Assembly (NCBI GenBank): GCA_964573095.1
Contig: CAZNIK010000001.1
Span: 313,004-377,003 of the forward strand
DNA length: 64,000 nt
Direction: 5' to 3'
From: an uncultured Candidatus Saccharibacteria bacterium
GTDB taxonomy: Bacteria > Patescibacteriota > Saccharimonadia > Saccharimonadales > 2-12-FULL-41-12
Under the pieces are notes generated by a model. That model saw only the letters and a list, made by a program, of their open reading frames with translations, was not told the origin of the DNA and searched no databases. Positions 30,776 to 37,884 of the stretch are shown here, in pieces. The number at the start of each line of letters is the position of its first letter. The stretch's first letter is position 1. The translations under genes were made by a program, and so were the position numbers.

Positions 30776-30960
30776 GAGTCCTTTTTGAGTTGAACGATAA
30801 AACACCGATTTTCTCGGTGCTTAACAGATACAGTAGCTTGCAATTTCAATGGTGCCAGATAGCGGACACATTTCTAACACTTAATCCCAGCAATATAGAC
30901 AATTACGAGCTCAAACATCTCGTAAATGAGTTTAATCTTTCTGGCAGTTTTATATTATAA
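30776..30960 (+). repeat. Junction repeat copy A (left arm + core + right arm)
   Basis: Exact 20-mer at 30848-30867. The left arm is roughly two-thirds identical to 31533-31611 by hand alignment. Confidence 0.7.
30817..30960 (+). CDS. Small conserved ORF (47 aa from GTG), paralogue A
   Basis: ...WCQIADTFLTLNPSNIDNYELKHLVNEFNLSGSFIL. Same frame and length as paralogue C from the W codon onward. The stop codon directly abuts the CIRCE element. Confidence 0.35.
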   Translation: MLNRYSSLQFQWCQIADTFLTLNPSNIDNYELKHLVNEFNLSGSFIL

Positions 30961-30987
30961 TTAGCACTCTTGACACGAGAGTGCTAA
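30961..30987. promoter_or_regulatory. CIRCE element (HrcA operator) TTAGCACTC-N9-GAGTGCTAA
   Basis: Exact match to the CIRCE consensus half-sites with a 9-nt spacer, 75 nt upstream of hsp20. Confidence 0.85.
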
Positions 30988-30998
30988 TTTTCTAAAAT
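30970..30998 (+). promoter_or_regulatory. Sigma-70-type promoter TTGACA-17 nt-TAAAAT for hsp20
   Basis: The -35 hexamer lies inside the CIRCE spacer and the -10 element follows the right half-site. Confidence 0.6.
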
Positions 30999-31061
30999 CA
31001 AGATAGAAGCTAGTTATGCTTCTCTAAGTAAGTTACTAATAATAACGAAAGGAGAAATATA

Positions 31062-31493
31062 ATGAGTAATCTTACTAGATGGGACCCTTTCGCAGAGCTG
31101 AGCGCTTTGCAAAAGCAATTTTTTGGTGATGACTGGATGACACCATTCAAGGGCGTAAACATACCTACTACGGACGTCTATACAAAAGATAACCAGCTTA
31201 AGGTTGAAGCTCACTTGCCAAACTTTGAACAAGACGATGTAAACATTCAGGTAGAGAACAACGCACTTGTTATAAGTGCCGAACGACACGAAAAAGAAGA
31301 GGATAAGGATAAGAAGTACGTGGTTCGTGAAAGCTCTAGTAGCTTTTACCGACGCATTGCACTACCAGATAGGGCTGATACAGATAAAATTGAAGCCAAA
31401 CTGGATGATGGCGTTCTTAAGGTAAGCGTACCATTAACACCATTACCAGAACCCAAGAAAATTGCTATCGCTGCTTCAAATAAAAAGAAGTAG
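31062..31493 (+). CDS. Hsp20/alpha-crystallin small heat-shock protein
   Basis: 143 aa with an ACD pattern (...VDVYTKDNQLKVEAHLPNF..., GVLKVSVP). Strong SD AAAGGAGA. Confidence 0.92.
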   Translation: MSNLTRWDPFAELSALQKQFFGDDWMTPFKGVNIPTTDVYTKDNQLKVEAHLPNFEQDDVNIQVENNALVISAERHEKEEDKDKKYVVRESSSSFYRRIALPDRADTDKIEAKLDDGVLKVSVPLTPLPEPKKIAIAASNKKK

Positions 31494-31515
31494 TCTAGTT
31501 CGGCCTTGCAGAAAA

Positions 31516-31546
31516 AAAGAGACTCTTTATTTGAGTCTCTTTTGAG
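31516..31546 (+). terminator. Rho-independent terminator after hsp20
   Basis: AAAGAGACTC-N7-GAGTCTCTTT followed by a T-rich run. Confidence 0.7.
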
Positions 31547-31611
31547 TTTGACGGAAAAGCACTAATTTCATTGGCGTTTAACAGATGAGCAATATCAGAA
31601 ATCAATGGTGC
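31533..31611 (+). repeat. Junction repeat copy B (left arm only, fused to the tRNA-Gly 3' end)
   Basis: Homologous to 30776-30856. Homology ends at CAATGGTGC, and TGGTGC is the complement of the tRNA-Gly GCACCA terminus. Confidence 0.65.
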
Positions 31612-31682
31612 GGGTGCGGGGACTCTAACCCCGGGCCTCATCCTTGGCAAGGATGCGCTCTAAACAACTGAGCTACACCCGC
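31606..31682 (-). tRNA. tRNA-Gly (GCC), CCA encoded, atypical D-loop and T-loop
   Basis: Hand-folded. Acceptor GCGGGTG/CACCCGC; anticodon loop TTGCCAA. The D-loop is AGTTGTTTA (no GG) and the T-loop is TTAGAGT (A at position 56). Confidence 0.85.
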
Positions 31683-31707
31683 TCGTTATTGAGATAAACA
31701 GTAAGTT

Positions 31708-31783
31708 TGGTGGCTCCTCCCAGACTCGAACTGGGGACACAAGGCTCTTCAGGCCTCTGCTCTACCAACTGAGCTAAAGAGCC
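31708..31783 (-). tRNA. tRNA-Phe (GAA), CCA encoded
   Basis: Hand-folded. Acceptor GGCTCTT/AGGAGCC; anticodon loop CTGAAGA. Confidence 0.9.
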
Positions 31784-31799
31784 CAATATTACGGAATAT

Positions 31800-31822
31800 T
31801 GGTGGTGATGAGGGACTCGACC
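31800..31822 (-). pseudogene. 3' fragment resembling the tRNA-Val T-arm, acceptor and CCA
   Basis: TGGTGGTGATGAGGGACTCGACC versus the tRNA-Val 3' end TGGTGGGTGATGAGGGACTCGAACC (two 1-nt gaps). No 5' half lies adjacent. Confidence 0.5.
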
Positions 31823-31931
31823 TTAACCCGTAAAAATTGCTTTTTGCTTGGTTCACTCGGCTTCCGTGGTCGCCGAGCAAGGGCGGCTGAGTGCCACCGG
31901 CACTCGCGTTCGATTCCAAACAAATAACTCT

Positions 31932-31970
31932 AATGAAAATTATATGACAGAAGTCATAAAAATTTTCATT
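31932..31970. terminator. Long AT-rich hairpin immediately 3' of tRNA-Val
   Basis: AATGAAAATT-T-TATGAC-TTCT-GTCATA-T-AATTTTCATT (minus strand), about 16 bp of pairing. Confidence 0.4.
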
Positions 31971-32046
31971 GGTGGGTGATGAGGGACTCGAACCCCCGAC
32001 CCCCTCGGTGTAAACGAGATGCTCTAGCCAACTGAGCTAATCACCC
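31970..32046 (-). tRNA. tRNA-Val (TAC), CCA encoded
   Basis: Hand-folded canonical cloverleaf; anticodon loop TTTACAC. Confidence 0.9.
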
Positions 32047-32186
32047 ATGATCCTTATTGTAAATTATTCGTATGGTTCGAATCTAGGACTTGACTCACCT
32101 TCGGCGAGCCCGAAACTTCGCGATTGGCAAGCCAGTCGCCATCGGAAGATTTCCTTGCAAACAACCACCGGCTGTTCTCACCCCGT

Positions 32187-32233
32187 CCCCTCGGTGCAAG
32201 CGAGAGGCCAGCACCAACCAAAGCGAATCACCC
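32187..32233 (-). pseudogene. tRNA-like 5' fragment (acceptor 5' strand to anticodon arm, loop CTTGCAC)
   Basis: The minus strand reads GGGTGATTCGCTTTGGTTGGTGCTGGCCTCTCGCTTGCACCGAGGGG, which parallels tRNA-Val positions 1-43. No T-arm or 3' acceptor follows. Confidence 0.4.
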
Positions 32234-32309
32234 AAGAACAAGAAACAACAGACGTTATAGTAGCAAATACCCCTGTTTTTTTCAAACTAATTGCCGTTAG
32301 TTGAAGCTG

Positions 32310-33263
32310 CTATGCTGCTTGCAATAATGCGTGCTTGACGTCGTCCAAGTTCGGTCGATCTTGCGGGCGAATACTGAGACCTTCGAGCATCAGTTTTGCA
32401 ATCTTCTTTGGAATCTCGCTGTTTAGCTCTCGGGGATTAACCGGCGTTGTCTGTTCTAAGGATTGCCTATACGACTCTACGCTGGTTGCATTAAAAGGCA
32501 TTTTTTGGGTTGTTGCTTGATAGGCTGTTGCTGCCAAACTGAAGACATCACCTTTGGCGTCGACTGCTCCGTCGGTGATTGACTCTGGTGGCATAAACCC
32601 AACGGTCCCAACTATCCTATCGGCCCTTGTCCCGAATTCGTCCGCTGGAGCTAGTGAACCTAGCTGACTAACTTGCTCGGTGTCAGCATGGTCTTCTGAA
32701 ACCACACCAAAATCGGCAAGCCAACCTTCTCCCTGGGAATTAACCAGAATATTGCCAGGCTTTACGTCGCGGTGCACCAAACCGTTTTCGTGCATTCCCC
32801 CAATAGCACCCACTGCAGATTGTAGGGCAACGATAACTCGCTTCGGATCACCCTCAAGGTCGCTCAGCGTACCTTCTGCAAGTTCCATGACAACATGGCG
32901 ATATTTTTTACCCTCAAACTCAAATGTACCCAGACCCTTTAGTGGAACCGCACCTGGAGTTTCCGTCTCACTCAGCAACAAATGCGTTGCCAACTCTTTG
33001 TCAACACGAAGTCGATAAGACTCATCGGGTTCGCTAAAGGTTTTGAGCGCAAAACGATTTTCATGCTGGTCTTCGACCTCGAATATGGCGGTGTCCTTCA
33101 TGCTGGAGCCACCAATTTTTCTAATTACTTCGTAATCCTGGCCATTTTCTGGATCTTCAATATGATGCCCAAAGTGAATATTTGGCAAATTCTCTGTGTG
33201 GTCAGCTTGGGGCAAAGTGTCAGAATTTAGATATCGTCCCAAACTCTGTTGATATACATTCAT
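32310..33263 (-). CDS. Ser/Thr protein kinase (soluble, no sensor domain)
   Basis: HRDVKPGNILV catalytic loop, DFG, and a PPE activation-loop end. Confidence 0.9.
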   Translation of the reverse strand: MNVYQQSLGRYLNSDTLPQADHTENLPNIHFGHHIEDPENGQDYEVIRKIGGSSMKDTAIFEVEDQHENRFALKTFSEPDESYRLRVDKELATHLLLSETETPGAVPLKGLGTFEFEGKKYRHVVMELAEGTLSDLEGDPKRVIVALQSAVGAIGGMHENGLVHRDVKPGNILVNSQGEGWLADFGVVSEDHADTEQVSQLGSLAPADEFGTRADRIVGTVGFMPPESITDGAVDAKGDVFSLAATAYQATTQKMPFNATSVESYRQSLEQTTPVNPRELNSEIPKKIAKLMLEGLSIRPQDRPNLDDVKHALLQAA

Positions 33264-33314
33264 TTTAGCTCCTAGACTAAAACTGCTTTTCTACAAAATA
33301 TCCTCTTTAGGGTT

Positions 33315-33740
33315 TTAGGCCGCCATTTGGTTGTTGGTTGCAAGATACTGATTTAGCATTTGGACCACTTCTTGCCCGGGGATTTGAGGCGGAGCTGCTA
33401 CTTCTAGGGCGACCTCTGGACTCGCGGCGTTCACCCCTACCGCTCGCTTGGCAACTTCTGCAACGGCTGGCATGGGCGCATGTGGGTCTAATATATCAAC
33501 ATGAAGAATGCCCTCGCCTTGTTCTTCGTGGTATTCGGCAAGTGCTTCTATGGTATCGGGGTCAATTTCGGCAACAGGCGTGTCATTGTGCCGACTTTTT
33601 TCAACGAGACAAAGCGCGAGCCGACCGTCGCCGACGGCCGTTTTGTATATTGCGAGGTCGGTTTCGTCCTCAAATACTTCGGGAGTGCTCATGAATCCAA
33701 CAAATTCTGGATTGCGCAAGTCTAGTTCTGAGACAGTCAT
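33315..33740 (-). CDS. Hypothetical acidic protein
   Basis: I prefer the ATG at 33740, preceded by AAGGAA. No family recognised. Confidence 0.5.
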   Translation of the reverse strand: MTVSELDLRNPEFVGFMSTPEVFEDETDLAIYKTAVGDGRLALCLVEKSRHNDTPVAEIDPDTIEALAEYHEEQGEGILHVDILDPHAPMPAVAEVAKRAVGVNAASPEVALEVAAPPQIPGQEVVQMLNQYLATNNQMAA

Positions 33741-33942
33741 GTTTTTGATTCCTTTTAAAATGTTTATGTTTTCATAAATATCTATCAATTTATTGTACTC
33801 CTCTGCTGCACGGTTTCAACAGTTACAATACTTTTTAACAACATTTCTTTATCTGTGATTGAATTATTTAATAAATATACCATGGATGATATTTTTCACC
33901 ACATCGTCTCAAAAATATAGAACACTATTGAAAAAAGCTAAT

Positions 33943-34029
33943 TGGTGGGGATGAGAAGACTTGAACTTCCACGAGGTTGCCCTCACTAGCCCCTCAAGCT
34001 AGCGCGTCTACCAATTCCGCCACATCCCC
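33943..34029 (-). tRNA. tRNA-Leu (GAG), long variable arm, CCA encoded
   Basis: Hand-folded. Acceptor GGGGATG/CATCCCC; anticodon loop TTGAGGG. Confidence 0.88.
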
Positions 34030-34102
34030 AAAACACAGCGATTAACAGATTATAGATTACGATACAATAGTTTTTTTCTCAAGAGATGCATTGTTTTCTT
34101 GC

Positions 34103-35740
34103 TTACGTTCTCGGCATATGAGCGTGCAAATGATCCATCGAAAACTCTTGGCGCAAAATTGGCTTAATGTCGTCGAGTGTGACATCAACTTTTACCCCTG
34201 GGTTGAGCGTGCCATGGGGATCAAATATCTTTTTTAGCTTTTTGAACACATTATATGCCTCTGGACCGTATACTTTTTCAAGATAGGGTGCTCGAAGCCG
34301 TCCATCTCCGTGTTCTCCAGTGGTAGTTCCACCCAAATCGATGACAAGCGCATAGTATTCGTCCATGAGCTTGAAGGCTTTTTGCCGATCGCCAACTTGT
34401 GCCAAGTCAAGATATGGCTGGATATGAAGGTTGGCATTGCCAGCATGTCCCCACACCGCAACTTGCAGGCCGTGCTTTTGGAATAGCTTATAAACACCTC
34501 CCAGATATTCGCCAAATCGGTCGACTGGGACTACGCCGTCTTCGATGATTGGCACCGCAACCGCTCGACCCTGGTTTTGGGAAATTGCCGTTGCTGCAGC
34601 GTGTCGTACTTTCCAGAGCTGCTCTTGGTTTACCTCTTCGGTTTCGATTTGAAAGGTAAGACCGCGTTTGTCGAGCAGCTTGCTCACCTTTTTGGACATT
34701 TTCTTTTGATGTTTTGATGACTGGTCATTAAACTCGACCAACAACACTAATTTTGGAAACGGACTCTTGATTATACCTTTTAGCTGGTTGGGGTTTTGCT
34801 TTTCTACAAACGCCAGCAGGTTTTGGTCGACAACTTCTATGGCGCTCGGGATCTTTGGTAGTTTTAGAAGTTCATCGACAATTTCTTGGGCTTGTTCTAG
34901 GCTTGGAATCTGAATCATAAATAAAGTGTTGGTTGGATTGTGAGGCTCGACGGCAATTTTTGCCTCTGTCACGATACCGAGCGTGCCCTCGGAACCAACC
35001 AGCAGCGGTGTAAGATCAAAGCTGCCCTTCTTGTCCTTTACGAGGTCAAGGGCGTATCCCGCCGAGTTTTTACTAACGTTGCGCGCCAGGCTCGCAATAA
35101 TATCGTGATTCTCCTCGATAAGTGTGTCCAGCGCACGATAAATTTCTCCCTCGAAAGTCGAGAGGCCCATTTTTTTGTTAAGCTCACGCTTGCTTAAGCG
35201 CTTCGTCTCAATAACTTCGCCATTGGCCAGCACGACTCGAAGACTATCAACAAAGTTGCGAGTACTTCCATACTTGACTGACTTTTCGCCACTGGCATTA
35301 TTAGCGATCGCGCCACCAACAGTGGAATATTCGAGTGACGCTGGATAAGGTGGCAGAAACAACCCGTGGGTATGAAGGGCCTGTTGAAGTTTGCCGTAAT
35401 TAACCCCGGGCTCGATGGTGACCGTGCCTCGTTTTGTATCAAGCTCAATAACCTTGTTCATGTGTGCTGGAAAAACCAGCATTATGCCCTTGCCGATGGC
35501 AGAACCACTCTCGTCGGTTCCTGCTCCACGAGGAGTAATCGGTATTACCCGACCCCTTTCAGCGAGCTGCCATGTGAACCGAGCAGTTTTTCGGACGTCG
35601 TTCTCTCCCCTGGGGTAGGCAACAATTGCCGGCACGATTCGAAATATGCTGGCATCGGTAGAAAAGTAACGCCGGGCATCATCTCCAGTCATAACCTCGC
35701 CGACTAAATGTTCTTGTAAATAATGAGCAACCTTATTCAT
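34103..35740 (-). CDS. FAD-linked oxidase (GlcD/D-lactate dehydrogenase family)
   Basis: FAD-binding PCMH pattern (PRGAGTDESGSAIG) and a C-terminal FAD-oxidase domain (GEHGDGRLR). I prefer the ATG at 35740 (MNKVAHY). Confidence 0.85.
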   Translation of the reverse strand: MNKVAHYLQEHLVGEVMTGDDARRYFSTDASIFRIVPAIVAYPRGENDVRKTARFTWQLAERGRVIPITPRGAGTDESGSAIGKGIMLVFPAHMNKVIELDTKRGTVTIEPGVNYGKLQQALHTHGLFLPPYPASLEYSTVGGAIANNASGEKSVKYGSTRNFVDSLRVVLANGEVIETKRLSKRELNKKMGLSTFEGEIYRALDTLIEENHDIIASLARNVSKNSAGYALDLVKDKKGSFDLTPLLVGSEGTLGIVTEAKIAVEPHNPTNTLFMIQIPSLEQAQEIVDELLKLPKIPSAIEVVDQNLLAFVEKQNPNQLKGIIKSPFPKLVLLVEFNDQSSKHQKKMSKKVSKLLDKRGLTFQIETEEVNQEQLWKVRHAAATAISQNQGRAVAVPIIEDGVVPVDRFGEYLGGVYKLFQKHGLQVAVWGHAGNANLHIQPYLDLAQVGDRQKAFKLMDEYYALVIDLGGTTTGEHGDGRLRAPYLEKVYGPEAYNVFKKLKKIFDPHGTLNPGVKVDVTLDDIKPILRQEFSMDHLHAHMPRT

Positions 35741-35874
35741 AGATAACCGAAAAAACCCTTTTGTTGATATGTCCTTGTTCAAGAGACATAGTAGCATAAA
35801 AGCGCTTGTGTTTGGTGCGCCCAAAGCTGTCATGAACGCTGCAGGTCGCCACACTGCTTTCCGACTTCACCTGT

Positions 35875-37653
35875 TTAGCGAGCTGCACTTCGCACCTTCC
35901 ATTCATCAACGTTGGCAAAACGTTCACTGGGAGTCGCCACCAGGGTCGAATTGAAGTCGTAGAGTGGTTGCCGCGCAATGTATAAAAACCTAGTTTGGTA
36001 AAGCGCCAACGCCGGATTATCGTTTTTCCATGCTTCTAAAAAGGGGCGGTATTTTATGGCACGATTTGCAGGATCGGATCGAGTTCGACCGGCTTCGAGG
36101 GACCTATCAGCGGCAGTTGACTTGTACTCGCTGAAGTTGAGTCGCGTTTCCGAGCGAGGATCGGCCTGCGAACTGTGCCAATATGCAAAAACGTCGGGAT
36201 CGGGACCAATCGAAATACCATACAGTAGCGCATCGTAGCTGTGCGTTGCGACCGTGGACTGCAATTCTGAATCTGATTGCAGCAGTACCTGCACATCTAC
36301 CCCAAGCTCCCGCCACTGCTTCTGGAGAGCTCCACTGACCGCCGTCAGCTCGCTGTCGTTTCCACTAAACAGCCGAAATGTCAGTTTTTTGCCATCCTTT
36401 GTCCGAATGCCAGTACTCGGATCTTGCTTCCAGCCCAAACCGTCAAGAAGCACCTTTGCCTCGTCACGCTTATTCGTCACCTGGGCATATCGTTTGTCAT
36501 ATCCTGGCTGCGAACGAAGTAGGGGCTCATCAATCGCGAGCAGTGGATATGGAACTTGGGAAAACAATTCGAGCTTGTTGACACCCAAAACCAGCGCCCG
36601 GCGAATGGTGGGATCTTTTAGAACTTCTTGGTCATTTTTAAAAAACGTCATAACTTGCCCAGTGAGCGTGATTGGGTACTCCCTTGTTTGATCATCATTC
36701 GACAAAAAGTCTGGCAGTTGGTTTAGCCCGACAATTGCGTCTACTTGCTTGTCTTTGTAGGTGTTAATCAATTGATCTTCCTGGCTATAGGCCTTGAGGA
36801 TAAACTTGTCTAGGCTGGGGGTACCTTGGTGATAGTTTTCAAATTTTTGCAGCACCACACTAGATATTCTCTCGTTGTCGCCTTGCTGCTTTACCTCGAT
36901 ATCAACAAAGCTAAATGGACCCGTTCCTACGGGAGATTGATTATTGAAGGTGTTTGATCGAAGTTGGGCTGGGTTAACCTTTGACAAAATATGTTCGGGG
37001 ACGATGCCGTTGGTCAACGAGTGCGGGAAGGCGCTTAGTTTATTGGGTAAGGTAAATTGAACCGTGTAGTCATCGACGGCCTTAATTTTTATCCCGCGCC
37101 AACTCGACAACAGATATGATTTGGTTTCGGGGTTTTGAATAAGGCTATAGGTGTAAAGCACATCTTTTGAGGTGAATGGTTTCCCGTCGTGCCATTTTAC
37201 ATTCTGTCGCAACTTTACGGTGTACACGGTTTCTGATGGGTCATACGAATAGTTTTCTGCTAAATCCCCAGTCAGCTGCCCATTCTCGTCATACGCAAAC
37301 AAACTAGAAAACACTAGCTTAGATACGGAACTATCAACTAGGTTTGATGCGTAGAGGGGATTTGCATTGGTGAAACTACCAAGCACTCCCTCGGTGTAGA
37401 TGCCGCCGTCAACTGGGACGCTGACTTGATACTTGTTCGAAAGCGCCCGGGATTGCATGAGCACCCCAACGACAAGAATAGCAATCAGTCCTATCCACCC
37501 TATCAAAAAGCGTCTTACACTGGTAAGTTTTGTAATTCGACGAACTAAGTGTTTGTCGATGTGTTCTTCGGTTACGTAGCCAATGTCTTCTACCTGTCGA
37601 CGTCTTTTTCGGAGTATTCTCCGCATACGCAACTTTGATCTACGACTCACCAT
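35875..37653 (-). CDS. ABC-transporter substrate-binding protein, family 5 (peptide/nickel type), membrane-anchored
   Basis: N-terminal TM segment and a typical SBP_bac_5 layout. No permease or ATPase genes lie adjacent. Confidence 0.8.
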   Translation of the reverse strand: MVSRRSKLRMRRILRKRRRQVEDIGYVTEEHIDKHLVRRITKLTSVRRFLIGWIGLIAILVVGVLMQSRALSNKYQVSVPVDGGIYTEGVLGSFTNANPLYASNLVDSSVSKLVFSSLFAYDENGQLTGDLAENYSYDPSETVYTVKLRQNVKWHDGKPFTSKDVLYTYSLIQNPETKSYLLSSWRGIKIKAVDDYTVQFTLPNKLSAFPHSLTNGIVPEHILSKVNPAQLRSNTFNNQSPVGTGPFSFVDIEVKQQGDNERISSVVLQKFENYHQGTPSLDKFILKAYSQEDQLINTYKDKQVDAIVGLNQLPDFLSNDDQTREYPITLTGQVMTFFKNDQEVLKDPTIRRALVLGVNKLELFSQVPYPLLAIDEPLLRSQPGYDKRYAQVTNKRDEAKVLLDGLGWKQDPSTGIRTKDGKKLTFRLFSGNDSELTAVSGALQKQWRELGVDVQVLLQSDSELQSTVATHSYDALLYGISIGPDPDVFAYWHSSQADPRSETRLNFSEYKSTAADRSLEAGRTRSDPANRAIKYRPFLEAWKNDNPALALYQTRFLYIARQPLYDFNSTLVATPSERFANVDEWKVRSAAR

Positions 37654-37671
37654 ATTTATATGTATTTGTTC

Positions 37672-37884
37672 CTACGCCAATACGTTGAGTAGTAGCGAAA
37701 CGGAAAAAATGATTGCCAGAATAATGGTAATTTGGTGAATTGTTTTGTCGGTACCTCGACGAACAGTATTTACCTCACCGCCACCACCGAGACCAGCTCC
37801 CAAGCCCGCTCCCCGAGTTTGCATTAGTATTAGGACCGTCATAATCACCCCGGAAATAATCGCAATGTAGCCGAATACGTTCAT
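37672..37884 (-). CDS. secG: Preprotein translocase subunit SecG
   Basis: 70 aa with two TM segments around a G-rich loop (LMQTRGAGLGAGLGGGG). Confidence 0.8.
   Translation of the reverse strand: MNVFGYIAIISGVIMTVLILMQTRGAGLGAGLGGGGEVNTVRRGTDKTIHQITIILAIIFSVSLLLNVLA

Larger units (their letters stand above)
26833..31611. mobile_element. Putative tandem array of three single-cargo modules abutting the 3' end of tRNA-Gly
   Basis: Repeated junction sequences occur at about 26.83, 29.36, 30.85 and 31.60 kb (see the repeat features). There is one plus-strand cargo gene per interval and the region is visibly AT-richer. No recombinase gene was seen. Confidence 0.45.

Noticed and set aside
30817-30950. 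Integron attC interpretation of the junction repeats
   Set aside because: GCTTAAC (copy A) and GTTTAAC (copy B) fit the RYYYAAC inverse-core pattern. However, I found no matching GTTRRRY partner, no R''/L''-L'/R' foldback and no intI gene, and copy C has TTTTAC instead. The array is cassette-like, but I cannot support a classical integron.
31800-32233. tmRNA, SRP RNA or RNase P RNA in the structured sequence around tRNA-Val
   Set aside because: I checked by eye for the tmRNA 5' GGGG...UUCGAC and 3' UCCACCA ends, the SRP GGAA-tetraloop helix-8 motif, and the RNase P GAGGAAAGUCC and ACAGAA..CCGGCUUA blocks. None is present in the right form or order. An Rfam scan is still advisable.
32047-32304. 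85-aa plus-strand ORF between tRNA-Val and the kinase gene
   Set aside because: It overlaps the tRNA-like fragment, has no SD and an implausible composition. It is more likely non-coding.
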